Counted from the first letter of the stretch, positions 1 to 10,338 are shown. The stretch is 64,000 nt of DNA from Candidatus Gastranaerophilaceae bacterium (GCA_045636305.1 JAZTXF010000047.1:1658-65657); one strand, 5' to 3'. The notes: generated by a model from the letters alone, not told the origin. Numbers and translations are program-made.

Positions 1-1026
1 TCCGGTTGTCGGAGAAAAAGAAAAGACTGCAGCTTGATTTTTAACACCTTTCATACCCCAAGCATTAAGGTTTTTAATCATTGCCGTATTTGCGGTATCT
101 TGGGCTTTGGCATCAAGTGTTGTATAAATTTTGTATCCACCTTGAGTTATTTCATTTTCTTTAAATCCCATATTTTCCAGTTCTTGCATAACAAAATCTA
201 CAAAATATGGCGCTTTATTGTACGCGTATATACTTGGTAACGGATTTAGTTTTACTTCTTCTGCTTTTGCTGTTTTATATTGTTCTTTGCTTATATAGCG
301 CATTTTGTACATTCTGTATAAAACTTGGTTTCTTCTTTTTATTGCTTTATCAAGACTGTTAAATGGCGAATATACAGAAGGCGCTTGCGGTAGCCCGGCA
401 ATGAGTGCGCATTCGGATAGTGTTAGTTGATTTAATGATTTGTTGAAGTATACTTTTGCTGCTCCTGCCACCCCATATGCACCTGAACCTAAATAAACAT
501 TATTTAGATACATTTCCAAAATTTTATTTTTTGGTATAGATTTTTCTATTCTTGCAGAGAGAATAAATTCTTTTATTTTTCTGTCATATGTTTTTTCATT
601 GTTTAAGAATAAAAGTCTTGCCAGTTGTTGTGTGATTGTGCTCGCACCTTGCACTAGTCGTCCTGCTTGTAAATTTGCGATAGTTGAACGAGCCAAGCCT
701 GTTAAATCATAACCGCTGTGATGATAAAAATTCTTATCTTCAGTAGCTATTATAGCTTTCTTTAGTGCATCCGGTATTTCTTTTATGGTCGCTTTTTCTG
801 ATGTAAATGCCGTGAATGTTTTTATTATTTGTCCGTCGTTTGAATAAATTTGTGTTACAACGTTAGGCTTGTAATCTTGTAAATTTTTTATAGGCGGTAA
901 CATCATAGTATAAAGCTTTATTGCCGCAATACCGGCTAAAATCATTGCAATTAAAATAATAAAAGTGTTTTTTAAAACTTTACCAATTTCGCTTTTTTTG
1001 CGTTTTGGTATTCTATATCCTGCCAT
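1..1026 (-). CDS. Class A penicillin-binding protein (TM anchor plus GT51 transglycosylase domain); the 3' part runs off the window
   Basis: My own minus-strand translation from ATG at 1026 gives MAGYRIPKRKKSEIGKVL, a hydrophobic anchor, then GT51 motifs ATEDKNFYHHSGYD and GASTITQQLAR. The frame stays open to position 1. It is absent from the ORF track because it is open-ended. Confidence 0.85.
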   Translation of the reverse strand, partial: MAGYRIPKRKKSEIGKVLKNTFIILIAMILAGIAAIKLYTMMLPPIKNLQDYKPNVVTQIYSNDGQIIKTFTAFTSEKATIKEIPDALKKAIIATEDKNFYHHSGYDLTGLARSTIANLQAGRLVQGASTITQQLARLLFLNNEKTYDRKIKEFILSARIEKSIPKNKILEMYLNNVYLGSGAYGVAGAAKVYFNKSLNQLTLSECALIAGLPQAPSVYSPFNSLDKAIKRRNQVLYRMYKMRYISKEQYKTAKAEEVKLNPLPSIYAYNKAPYFVDFVMQELENMGFKENEITQGGYKIYTTLDAKAQDTANTAMIKNLNAWGMKGVKNQAAVFSFSPTTG

Positions 1027-1084
1027 AATAATATCCTTATATTATAATGTTATTATAATAGAACAAAAGATAAAAAAATGCACA

Positions 1085-1474
1085 ATGATTAAAATTATTA
1101 AGGCTTTATATTACGAAATATGTTCTTATTTTGTTCCGGAAAAAATTTTTTATGAAATAACGGGTGAGTGTAAGCAGTGCGGCAAATGCTGTAATTATAT
1201 GTATAGTTATGACACTTATACAGAAAAAGAGTTTAAAGTAATGCAGTTTCTGTATCCGGCTTATAGACGGTTTTATATTAAAGGCAAAGATGAATTTGGT
1301 AATTTAATTTTTGCATGCAAGTTGGTAACGCCTGAAGGAAAGTGCTCTGTTTATAATAAACGATTGAGGATGTGTAAAAATTATCCTGTTAAAAAGTTGC
1401 GTTATCACGCTGTTTTGCATGACGGATGTGGTTATGTAGTAAAAAATATTAAATTTAAAGATTATATAAAATAA
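1085..1474 (+). CDS. YkgJ/UPF0153-type Cys-rich zinc/iron-chelating protein
   Basis: CxxCxxCC motif (CKQCGKCC) plus downstream Cys residues. I chose the internal ATG at 1085 because the track ORF start at 965 overlaps the divergent PBP start. Confidence 0.55.
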   Translation: MIKIIKALYYEICSYFVPEKIFYEITGECKQCGKCCNYMYSYDTYTEKEFKVMQFLYPAYRRFYIKGKDEFGNLIFACKLVTPEGKCSVYNKRLRMCKNYPVKKLRYHAVLHDGCGYVVKNIKFKDYIK

Positions 1475-1563
1475 GTACTTGATTTGTAAATAGTCCACTC
1501 GGGTAATAGTAATATTGACTGGTTAGAGTAAGATAGTATAAGAATTAAGGATTTGGAGTGGAT

Positions 1564-3324
1564 ATGAAAAAAGTAGCATTATTTCTTGATAAAAATATTT
1601 CAATTCAAAAATATGAAAGTCCTCATTATTCTTTAAAAATAATCAATGAGTATTGCTCTGATAATATTTTTAATTGTGATTTCTTTGTAGTGCATGTGGA
1701 TTCTTTTCCAAACTTTAAAGAATTGGTTAAAAATTATAAAACTTTTTCAAACAAATTTTGGGCATTAACTTCTGATTTATCAAAGGAAAATATATTAAAC
1801 TTGTATAATTGCGGATTTGATAATGTTTTAGAGTTTTCAAGTGATTTTTTATTGAGGTTTGAACTATTATTACAAAAAAATTATCTTGAAATATCAAACT
1901 GTTTTTTTAATATAAAGGACACGGAAAGAAATTTGTTAATTGTGAAGGATAGAAAAATTAGTACAAAAATTCTATCTGTGTTTTTAAAACATAATTTTAA
2001 TTGTATAGTTCAAGAAAATTTAGAAATGGCGCAGAAAAGCATTTTCAATCAAAAGTTTGATTTGATTTTTACGGATATAGAAAATTATAAAAATTTGGTT
2101 TCGGTTATAGACTTGAGTCCTAATAACAATACTGCTATAATTTGTATTTCAAAAAAAATTAGCAAAGATAACTTGTCAGAAAAAGTTTTTTTAATTGAAG
2201 AAACAAGAAATATTCAAGCATTGAAAATTCAAATTGAAAATATATTAAAGTTGAAAAATATCCAAGATATTATGTATAAAGAAAATAATCTGTTCTATAA
2301 TCTGATTAAAAAATCAAATATTCAACAAATTATAACAGATATAAATCTTTGTGTTATTACTGCCGGTTCTCAGCATTTACCGTTAAAGAATAATGACTAT
2401 TTTTTTGATATTTTATCAACTTTGGGTATTAATTATCCGAAAGAAGAAATTGCTGAATTTATAAAAAATTATGCTAATAATTTTAGTTTTACAATTAATT
2501 TTAATAGCAGATGTTATGAAATTGTTTTGACTAAGATTTATTCTCATAATCATAAGCTTGAAAATTATTCTATTTTAATTAGTGATATAACTGAAAAAAT
2601 CGAATATGAGGCTCAAAAGGAAACTTTTATTGCTACAATTACACATGACTTAAAATCACCTATTCGGGCTGAATCTATGATATTAAAGCAACTTATAACA
2701 GGAACATTTGGCGAACTTAATTCAACTCAAATTGAAATATTAACTGAGTTATTGAATTCGCGAGAGTACATGAATAGAATGGTAGAAAATCTTTTAACCA
2801 GATACAAACTATCTTCTTGTAATTTAGATCTTTTAATAAAAGAAAATAATTATAAAAAAATTATTGAATTGGCTTTAAATGAGACAAAATATTTAACAGA
2901 AGAAAAAAAACAAGGAATTTCTGTATCATATAATGCAAAATCTGAGTTTTTTGAGTTTGATGAAACTGAAATAAAAAGGGTGCTTGTCAATTTGGTTGCA
3001 AATGCTTCAGATTATACACCTTCAAATAAAGAGTTAAGTATTACCGTTAAAGAAAATGAAGACTATATAATAACAGAGGTTAAAGATAACGGGTATGGTA
3101 TTCCCGAGTCTAAAATTGCTGATATTTTTGACAAAAATGTAACGTGGGCAAAAGAATACAGGAAGGTAGGTACAGGACTGGGATTGTATATTTGTAAGTC
3201 AATTATAGATGCACATCATGGTAAAATATTTGTCCAAAGTAAGGTCAACGAAGGGACTACCTTTACTTATTATCTGCCTAAAAAATATTTTGATATTGCA
3301 GGTAAGGAGCCATCAATTATTTAA
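1564..3324 (+). CDS. Sensor histidine kinase with two N-terminal degenerate receiver-like domains
   Basis: H-box ATITHDLKSPI. HATPase motifs NLVANASDYTP, DNGYGIP and GTGLGLYICKSIIDAHHGKI. ATG at 1564 sits 5 nt after GGAG. Confidence 0.85.
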   Translation: MKKVALFLDKNISIQKYESPHYSLKIINEYCSDNIFNCDFFVVHVDSFPNFKELVKNYKTFSNKFWALTSDLSKENILNLYNCGFDNVLEFSSDFLLRFELLLQKNYLEISNCFFNIKDTERNLLIVKDRKISTKILSVFLKHNFNCIVQENLEMAQKSIFNQKFDLIFTDIENYKNLVSVIDLSPNNNTAIICISKKISKDNLSEKVFLIEETRNIQALKIQIENILKLKNIQDIMYKENNLFYNLIKKSNIQQIITDINLCVITAGSQHLPLKNNDYFFDILSTLGINYPKEEIAEFIKNYANNFSFTINFNSRCYEIVLTKIYSHNHKLENYSILISDITEKIEYEAQKETFIATITHDLKSPIRAESMILKQLITGTFGELNSTQIEILTELLNSREYMNRMVENLLTRYKLSSCNLDLLIKENNYKKIIELALNETKYLTEEKKQGISVSYNAKSEFFEFDETEIKRVLVNLVANASDYTPSNKELSITVKENEDYIITEVKDNGYGIPESKIADIFDKNVTWAKEYRKVGTGLGLYICKSIIDAHHGKIFVQSKVNEGTTFTYYLPKKYFDIAGKEPSII

Positions 3325-4384
3325 TAGGAATGTTTTCAAAATTAGGACGTTTGGGGATTACTGTCTGTTCGTCACTGTTGTTTAACGTCTCTTTTTTCTT
3401 TATATCAGCCCGTTTTTTTCTGGATAACATGTCAATAAAAGCTTCTAATCTGGTAACAAAACCAGCTTCTCCTGTATGTTCATCTAAAGTTAATCCCAAA
3501 ATCGGCTTTTCAAACTTTTTCGCATTTCTGAATATTCTGTCCACCATAATCGAATCAGGTCCACATCCGAAAGCTGTTATAGTAATTAAACCATCTGCTT
3601 TTGTATTTCTTAAATAATGTCCTGCTGCACCTGTCATTTCGGTTTCGTTAGCCCAATAAGCTTTTTCTATGCCTAATGCATTCAAACCTTCTTCCAATTG
3701 CCCTTGAGTTAATTGTTCGTATGTTAAAACTTTAACTCCGAGCTTTTCGAGTTTATCAAAAATTTTCATAGAAACACGTTCATCGTAGATATTGTACCCG
3801 TGTGAAATTAGTGCAACAGTAATTTCATATTCTTTATCTTGAGGCGGAAGAACGATATTCCCTCTAATAGCGTTTCTAAGTGCTTTTTCGAAATGAACAC
3901 CGGCTCTTGTCATTGTTTGAAAATTATTGAATATTGTCCATGCAGCATCTTGAGCATTTTTTATTTTGTTTCTGTCTTGTATTCCGAGATTATTAGCAAT
4001 ATCAATTAAAAACTCAGGTAGGCCCTGCTCTTTTTCGGATTTATCCAAAGTAGCTTCAATAATTTTAAATTCACGTTTAACCACATTTCTAATTAAATCC
4101 GGTAATGCTCTGATTTTTGAGCAATTGTAAATTTTATGCGCAACAGATTGGATTGATGGAACAAAAATAACATCTACGCCTTTGTCTAGTAAATTTAGTA
4201 CGTGTCCGACATAAACCTTAATAGGTAGGCACGTTTCGGTAACAACAAGAGCTGAACCATTAGACATTATTTGTTTAGTTGTTTTGTCTGACAAAACAAC
4301 TTCTATGCCGAGGTTTTTAAAAAAACCATACCAAAAGGCAAAATAGTTATAATATATTAAGGCTCTGGGTATTCCGATTTTCAT
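3317..4384 (-). CDS. DUF2229-type protein (the uncharacterised domain of CoA-substrate-specific enzyme activases)
   Basis: N-terminus MKIGIPRALIYYNYFAFWYGFFKNLGIEVVLSD and ETCLPIKVYVGH match my memory of the DUF2229 signature. TAFGCGPD lies near the C-terminus. Confidence 0.65.
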   Translation of the reverse strand: MKIGIPRALIYYNYFAFWYGFFKNLGIEVVLSDKTTKQIMSNGSALVVTETCLPIKVYVGHVLNLLDKGVDVIFVPSIQSVAHKIYNCSKIRALPDLIRNVVKREFKIIEATLDKSEKEQGLPEFLIDIANNLGIQDRNKIKNAQDAAWTIFNNFQTMTRAGVHFEKALRNAIRGNIVLPPQDKEYEITVALISHGYNIYDERVSMKIFDKLEKLGVKVLTYEQLTQGQLEEGLNALGIEKAYWANETEMTGAAGHYLRNTKADGLITITAFGCGPDSIMVDRIFRNAKKFEKPILGLTLDEHTGEAGFVTRLEAFIDMLSRKKRADIKKKETLNNSDEQTVIPKRPNFENIPIK

Positions 4385-4393
4385 AATGTCCGT

Positions 4394-4741
4394 TTAGAAG
4401 GGTTTTGTTTGTCCAAGTTTGTTTCTTAATTCTCTAAAGCGAGCAATATCTTCTTGTGCTCTTGTTGATTCTTTAAAAACAGCTTGAGTAGTTGGGTGTA
4501 CCAACAAGATATAGTCCATATGAATTTCCAAAAAGTTATATCTGCGAGGTGGTGCACTTGAGTTTTTGGCATAGATTTCAACATTCGTTACGGCCAAAAA
4601 ACGACGTTCTTTGTCATTTAATAAGTCTGTTAAATCGCGATTTGAATTGGTATATTTTGCAACGTGTACCGTACCCTTGATGTCGTGATCCACTGTTAAT
4701 ATGCTTACCTCTATTGGCACCGTATCAATATGTTTTGTCAT
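4394..4741 (-). CDS. Hypothetical protein (115 aa), probably co-transcribed with the DUF2229 gene
   Basis: Clean ORF 9 nt upstream of the next gene on the same strand. No motif recognised. Confidence 0.5.
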   Translation of the reverse strand: MTKHIDTVPIEVSILTVDHDIKGTVHVAKYTNSNRDLTDLLNDKERRFLAVTNVEIYAKNSSAPPRRYNFLEIHMDYILLVHPTTQAVFKESTRAQEDIARFRELRNKLGQTKPF

Positions 4742-4802
4742 TTTTCTATCCTTTTTCTACCTCATGCTTTCATTATATAATAATTTATGATTTTTGACTA
4801 CA

Positions 4803-6326
4803 TCATTTGTTTGAAACAAAAACAACTATATCTGATGGGGCCAGTCTTACGTCAAATTTACCATTTTTGTATGTTGTAATACCTTTTGAATAATGAATCG
4901 GAACTAATTCATCAAAGTTTTCAATTCCTCTATAATTCACTTTAGCGCTCACTTCTTGATTTGGGTTATGGTTTAATATAACTATAATTTTGGCATCATC
5001 AGTTTCATAGGCATAAGCAAATATGTCTTTATTTGATGTTTTTAAAATATTCGGGTGATAATCAGAGTAGCTTGACATTCTTTGTTTAAAAGTACTAGCT
5101 AATTTGTATTCGTGCGTTAATTCCGTGTTGATACTTCCGGCTCTTCTCGAATAGTTAAAGATATCGTGTTTGCCTTTATGTACATAATAAAAATTATCAT
5201 CGGTGTATGTTTTGTTTGCTTTTTGATTTGCGTAGCTATATACGTAAAAATCTCCTGATATAAATCCGTTTACAAAATACATATTTCCGGGTAAAGTTGC
5301 AGAGAGCCACAAAATTTGTGACGGATAATTTGAATTAACTAAAGATGGGCTGGTATCATCGTGCGTTGCAAAATTTAATAAAATTGATTTTTTTGAATTA
5401 TTTTTATCTCCCAATTTTTTAGCTTCGTTATAGGCGCTAAACAATTCTTCAGTGTTGCTAAATTTCAGATAGTTCATGAAGTTACCTAAGTAACCGTCAA
5501 ATCCTGCATTTATAAGCTTGTCGTATGGTGTAAATTCTGCTTCCTGAGCAACAGGTGTTGTCCATTCAGGAGAAGCTTCGGCTATGAATAAGAATTCTGA
5601 GTCATCTCTTCTGGCATAAGTGATAAGTTGTTTCCAAAAATCGTAAGGTTTAATCGTTGCTACATCTGCCCTGATTCCATCTGCACCAAGATTTTTAACC
5701 ATGTCTATAAAAGATTTGTGTAATTCATATAATTCGTTATTAATTGAACCGTTTTCATTTGTTGTTTTAAATAATCTTACATCCTTCCAATCAGCCGGCG
5801 TAATAGGTTTTCCGTTTGTATTTGTTGCAAATATATTTGGCTTTCTTAAGAACATGTCGTATGAGCCACAACTTGGCATATCTATAATAACTCTTATTCC
5901 GTATTTATGTGCTTCAGTAATGAAATTTTTAGCTTCAGTGTATACAGAGTCATGATTTGTTTTGTCATCAAGTTGTGGATTGATTTGATTAAAAGAATCC
6001 ATTGCGTATAAAGAACCTGCTGTCCCTAGAGCTTTAATTTTTCCGACAGGTGTAATTGGAAGAAGGTGTATCATGTTTATGCCATTTTCAGCTAAGCTTT
6101 TTAGACGTTTTGTTGCTCCTGTAAATGTACCTGATTGTTCGCCCAGTTCCAGTTCTATAATTTCATTTTTATTTGAATCTATTGCGGAAAATGTGCGAAT
6201 ATTTATAACATAAATATTTGCTTTGTTCGTTTGAAATAATGTTCTGGCATCATTTGTCCAAGTGTTTGCAAATGTATTATTAAAGGTAAATGCAAATAAA
6301 ATTAATGAATATAGTATTTTTCTCAT
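4803..6326 (-). CDS. Secreted GH13 alpha-amylase family glycosidase
   Basis: Signal peptide MRKILYSLILFAFTFNNTFA. GH13 regions GIRVIIDMP, GADGIRADVA, FLFIAEA and FATHDD. Confidence 0.8.
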   Translation of the reverse strand: MRKILYSLILFAFTFNNTFANTWTNDARTLFQTNKANIYVINIRTFSAIDSNKNEIIELELGEQSGTFTGATKRLKSLAENGINMIHLLPITPVGKIKALGTAGSLYAMDSFNQINPQLDDKTNHDSVYTEAKNFITEAHKYGIRVIIDMPSCGSYDMFLRKPNIFATNTNGKPITPADWKDVRLFKTTNENGSINNELYELHKSFIDMVKNLGADGIRADVATIKPYDFWKQLITYARRDDSEFLFIAEASPEWTTPVAQEAEFTPYDKLINAGFDGYLGNFMNYLKFSNTEELFSAYNEAKKLGDKNNSKKSILLNFATHDDTSPSLVNSNYPSQILWLSATLPGNMYFVNGFISGDFYVYSYANQKANKTYTDDNFYYVHKGKHDIFNYSRRAGSINTELTHEYKLASTFKQRMSSYSDYHPNILKTSNKDIFAYAYETDDAKIIVILNHNPNQEVSAKVNYRGIENFDELVPIHYSKGITTYKNGKFDVRLAPSDIVVFVSNK

Positions 6327-6394
6327 ATCAAACCCTCTATCTATAATAAAATAATAATAGATTTTTATTTTTACTGCAAAGTATTAATAGAATT

Positions 6395-7348
6395 TTACAA
6401 AAGTTGATTAAGTTTTTCTATTACTATTTTAGGCGTAATATTTTTCATACATTCGTAATTTTTTTTGCATTTTTTTGGTTTTGCGCATGGAGCACACTCT
6501 AAGTTTAAAGTAACAATGTTTGAGCCTATAGGGCACCACTGGAAAACAGAAGTCGGTCCAAACAGTGTAACAACTTTTTTGTTAAAAACTGCACCTAAAT
6601 GACAGAAACCACTGTCAACACCAATTACAATATCCATCTCGTTTACAAGTGCAACAACTTCATCTAGGCTTAACCTTCCACATAAATTTTTTGCTGTTTT
6701 ATTTTTTGATAAAGTTATAATGTTGTCGCATTCTGGTTTTTCTTCTTCCGTTCCAACAAAATATGAGTCTGTTTCTTTTTCAGCAAAATAGTCTATAATT
6801 TGTGCAAAATATTCATCCTGCCAATCTTTAATATGTGTTGATGATTTAGCAACAATGAGGGCTTTCTTTTTGCCTGTTAAGTATTTTTGGATGTTGATTT
6901 TAGCGCTGTCTTCTGTGTAAAACTCGAGTTTAGTGTCGGTTATTTCAATATAATCTTCTTTTAATACATCAAAAAAATGTTCCAATTCGTGTTTTTTTTC
7001 TGATTTGTCATATTTTATAACTTTTGTTAAAAGGCATTCTCTAAATTGACCGCCAAAACCAATTCGTTCTTTTGCGCCTGTTAACAACGCAATAATTGCG
7101 GCAGATACTGAACGCTTTAGTACGTAAACTTTTGAATATTTATTATCCCATAGTGTTTTGTAATTTATATTTTTAATATTATATGTATTTTTAACGTATG
7201 GGCATTTTGAGAAAACATAACAGCCGATATTCTTGGATAGAACATCTATTTCTGTTCGTCCGCAATGTTTTTTTAATTCACGCAAGAAAGCAACAGCTAA
7301 AAGGCTGTCTCCTAAATATTGTGGTGCTATAACAAGAATTCTTTGCAT
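6395..7348 (-). CDS. Glycosyltransferase family 9 (LPS heptosyltransferase-like)
   Basis: MQRILVIAPQYLGDSLLAVAFLRELKK is a typical GT9 N-terminus. The track start at 7366 is a TTG lying in an A-run; ATG at 7348 is preferred. Confidence 0.7.
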   Translation of the reverse strand: MQRILVIAPQYLGDSLLAVAFLRELKKHCGRTEIDVLSKNIGCYVFSKCPYVKNTYNIKNINYKTLWDNKYSKVYVLKRSVSAAIIALLTGAKERIGFGGQFRECLLTKVIKYDKSEKKHELEHFFDVLKEDYIEITDTKLEFYTEDSAKINIQKYLTGKKKALIVAKSSTHIKDWQDEYFAQIIDYFAEKETDSYFVGTEEEKPECDNIITLSKNKTAKNLCGRLSLDEVVALVNEMDIVIGVDSGFCHLGAVFNKKVVTLFGPTSVFQWCPIGSNIVTLNLECAPCAKPKKCKKNYECMKNITPKIVIEKLNQLL

Positions 7349-7401
7349 ATTCCTCGATATGGACAAAAAAAAAGCCCTTGCGAGCTTGTTTTATTATTTA
7401 A

Positions 7402-7477
7402 TGGTGGGCGTTGAGAGGCTCGAACTCCCGACATCTTCCTTGTAAGGGAAGCGCTCTACCAACTGAGCTAAACGCCC
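7402..7477 (-). tRNA. tRNA-Val (anticodon UAC), CCA encoded
   Basis: The reverse complement, GGGCGTTTAGCTCAGTTGGTAGAGCGCTTCCCTTACAAGGAAGATGTCGGGAGTTCGAGCCTCTCAACGCCCACCA, folds as a cloverleaf. The anticodon loop is CTTACAA. Confidence 0.95.
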
Positions 7478-7527
7478 TTGCGTTATTATTATATTACGCG
7501 CTAAAGATTTATTGTCAATAGTAAAGT

Positions 7528-8406
7528 TTAAAGAAATTTTTCGTATGAGCCAATATGTCTAAAAAGCTTTACGTGTTGCAAAATTTCAAATAAGGCCTTC
7601 GCTATTTTTTCATCTTTAACATGCCCGTCAAAATCTATGTAAAAAGTGTATTCACCCAAAAACTTTTTGGATGGACGGGAATCAATATACGACATGTTTA
7701 TGTTGTATTTTTCTAAAATATTTAAAACTTTATTTAGAGCACCTGGTTTGTTTTCTGTGGAAAAAGTTATGCTTGTTCTGTCATTTTGAGTGCGAGGGGT
7801 ATCATTTCGTCCGATTAAAACAAATCTTGTTTTGTTATCTTTTTCATCATTTATATCTCGAGCCAAAACAGGTATGGAATAAATCTTCGCAGCTTTTTCA
7901 CTTGCAATTGCGGCAAAATCAAAACTTGCTGTTTGGAGATTTTTAACTGCTTCCGCCGTGGAATCAGCTGTATTTATTTTAATTGTTTCTCCAAAGTTGT
8001 TATTAATAAATTCTCTGCATTGAGCTATCCCTTGTATATATGAGGAGATAACTTTTATTTCTTCAAAACTTTTTGCATTAGTTATTAGACAATGCGAAAT
8101 TTTGAAGACTTCTTCTGATAAGATTTTAATGGATTTATCGGATAGACGAGTAAGGTTGTCTAAAGTTTCTCTTACAACACCCTCAATAGAATTTTCAATG
8201 GGAATAACTGCCAATAAATTTTCATCCGTACTATTATCTAATTCATTTAATATTGATATAATGGTCTGGCGGGGGCGTTCTTCAACACCAATAAATCCAT
8301 AACGCTCTATAAATTTATCTTTTGCTGAATCTGTATATGAGCCTTTGGGACCTAAAAAAAGTATTTTTTTGTTATTTTTATCTTTAAACATTTGTATATC
8401 TACCAT
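7528..8406 (-). CDS. pheA: Prephenate dehydratase with C-terminal ACT domain
   Basis: ILFLGPKGSYTD, NKTRFVLIG, and ACT-like ENKPGALNKVLNILEKYNINMSYIDSRP. Confidence 0.85.
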   Translation of the reverse strand: MVDIQMFKDKNNKKILFLGPKGSYTDSAKDKFIERYGFIGVEERPRQTIISILNELDNSTDENLLAVIPIENSIEGVVRETLDNLTRLSDKSIKILSEEVFKISHCLITNAKSFEEIKVISSYIQGIAQCREFINNNFGETIKINTADSTAEAVKNLQTASFDFAAIASEKAAKIYSIPVLARDINDEKDNKTRFVLIGRNDTPRTQNDRTSITFSTENKPGALNKVLNILEKYNINMSYIDSRPSKKFLGEYTFYIDFDGHVKDEKIAKALFEILQHVKLFRHIGSYEKFL

Positions 8407-8440
8407 TTATCTTATATGATTATACAGAAAGGAGTTAGTC

Positions 8441-9832
8441 ATGGCAAACATTAAATTCGGTACGGACGGTTGGCGCGCAATTGTTGGAAAGGACTTTAAC
8501 GATGAAAATGTAGCGCTGGTTATTAATGCAATAGCTAAGTATATATTAACTAATTTTAATATTGAAAAGCCAATAATTATTGGCTATGACCCGAGAAATA
8601 AAGCGGATGAGTTTGCTGAAAAAGCTGCAAATATACTGGCTAACATAGGTTTTAATGTGTTGCTGAGTGAGAGTTTTTTACCTACTCCCGTATTGGCTTA
8701 TTATGCAAAGAAACTAAATGCAAGTGCGATAATGTTTACGGCGTCTCATAATCCACCGGAATACCTTGGTATAAAGTATATTCCGGAATATGCCGGTCCT
8801 GCAACAAGTGAAATAACTGAAGAAATAGTTAAAAATGTCGGAGAAATTGTCCCTTCGTTACAAAAGGGAACAATAGAAAAACGAAAATTTTTCCAAGAAT
8901 ATTATGAGCATATAGATGAATTAATTGATTTTAAGTTAATCAAAAAGTCAGGAGTAAATATTATTTTTGACGCGTTGTACTCCTCTGCAATAGGGTATTT
9001 TGACAGAATATTAGATATTGAAGAAATTCCTTATGAAATTTTACACAATAAACGTGATGTGAATTTTGGCGGTGGGTTGCCCGAGCCAAAACCTAAGTAT
9101 CTTCAAGAGTTGATTAATAAGGTTAAAGAAAACAGAAATGCTATTGGGCTTTCAAATGACGGTGATGCTGACAGATACGGCGTTATTAATGAAAAAGGTG
9201 AATATGTAACCCCAAATGAAATAATGGCAATGTTATTAATTCATTTAGTGAAAAATAAAAAAGCATCCGGCAAATATGTTAAAACTGTTGGTGCAAGTTT
9301 AATGCACAATATATTGGCTATAAAGTTAGGCATTGGCTTAATAGAAACCGCAGTTGGTTTTAAGCATGTAGGGCAAGCTATGCGCGAACATGATGTAATT
9401 CTTGGTGGTGAAGAATCAGGCGGCTTGAGTATAAAAGGTCATATTCCTGAAAAAGACGGTTTGTTGGCTAATTTACTTGTCTTGGAGATGGTTGCAACAG
9501 AAAAGAAACCTTTGTACGAACTGCAAGAAGAGTTGAAAAAACTTATTGGTGTTACTTTTATAAATGATAGAATTGACATAAAACTTGATTCTAAAGACGA
9601 AATAACAGAAATACTTGAAAAGGTTAGCTCAGATATGCATTTGCACGAGCTTTTGGGTATTAAAAAAATTGGAAGAAAGGACGGAATAAAATTATATCTT
9701 AATGACCATAAAAGTTGGTTATTAGTTCGTCCTAGCGGAACGGAGCCATTATTGAGAATTTATATTGAAACAAATTCTAAAGAAAAAATGGAGCAGTTAA
9801 AAAAGATAGCAAAGAATTTTACACAAATATAA
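8441..9832 (+). CDS. Phosphoglucomutase/phosphomannomutase (alpha-D-phosphohexomutase)
   Basis: FGTDGWRA, TASHNPPEYLGIKY, NDGDADR, GEESGG and RPSGTEPLLRIY. AAGGAG RBS. Confidence 0.9.
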   Translation: MANIKFGTDGWRAIVGKDFNDENVALVINAIAKYILTNFNIEKPIIIGYDPRNKADEFAEKAANILANIGFNVLLSESFLPTPVLAYYAKKLNASAIMFTASHNPPEYLGIKYIPEYAGPATSEITEEIVKNVGEIVPSLQKGTIEKRKFFQEYYEHIDELIDFKLIKKSGVNIIFDALYSSAIGYFDRILDIEEIPYEILHNKRDVNFGGGLPEPKPKYLQELINKVKENRNAIGLSNDGDADRYGVINEKGEYVTPNEIMAMLLIHLVKNKKASGKYVKTVGASLMHNILAIKLGIGLIETAVGFKHVGQAMREHDVILGGEESGGLSIKGHIPEKDGLLANLLVLEMVATEKKPLYELQEELKKLIGVTFINDRIDIKLDSKDEITEILEKVSSDMHLHELLGIKKIGRKDGIKLYLNDHKSWLLVRPSGTEPLLRIYIETNSKEKMEQLKKIAKNFTQI

Positions 9833-9844
9833 GGAGTTAAAATT

Positions 9845-10294
9845 GTGATAATAGATAAACTTGAAAATGCTTATTTGTATTATGGGTTGAATGAAAATCT
9901 TAAATTAGGTTTGGAATATTTGCAAAATACCGACCTTATTAATACACCGGATGGTAAACATATTATAGCTGGCGATAATATTTTTGCTAATGTTCAAACA
10001 GGTTTAACAAAGAATCCTGAAACAACTCCTTGGGAATATCATAGGGTATATACTGATATTCAATATGTTATTAAAGGTGCAGAAATTATGGGCTGGGACA
10101 ATTTGGAAAAATTTATTGTCACAGAAGAATATAATGAGGAAAAAGATGTTGCTTTTGGTCGGGTAGAAGGGGCTTATGTTACAGTGCCACAAGGATATTT
10201 TGTAATATTTACTCCACAGGATGCGCATCAGCCAATGTTGCAGATTGATGTGCCGGAAGAAGTCAAAAAAGTTATTGTGAAAGTTAAATGTTAA
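9845..10294 (+). CDS. YhcH/YjgK/YiaL (DUF386) family protein
   Basis: Size and N-terminus MIIDKLENAYLYYGLNENLKLGLEYL resemble the family. GTG start follows AAGGAG. Confidence 0.55.
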   Translation: MIIDKLENAYLYYGLNENLKLGLEYLQNTDLINTPDGKHIIAGDNIFANVQTGLTKNPETTPWEYHRVYTDIQYVIKGAEIMGWDNLEKFIVTEEYNEEKDVAFGRVEGAYVTVPQGYFVIFTPQDAHQPMLQIDVPEEVKKVIVKVKC

Positions 10295-10338
10295 CTTATT
10301 TATTCATGCTATAATTTATTAAAAGATAGGGGAATACA

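Noticed and set aside
965-1084. N-terminal extensions in track ORFs. Examples are 965, 16140, 29118, 43324, 43823, 44732, 63227, 7366, 11782 and 15303.
   Set aside because: The extensions begin at weak or non-ATG codons without an SD and overlap neighbouring genes, promoters or terminators. Internal ATGs with good SD spacing give N-termini that match the family consensus.
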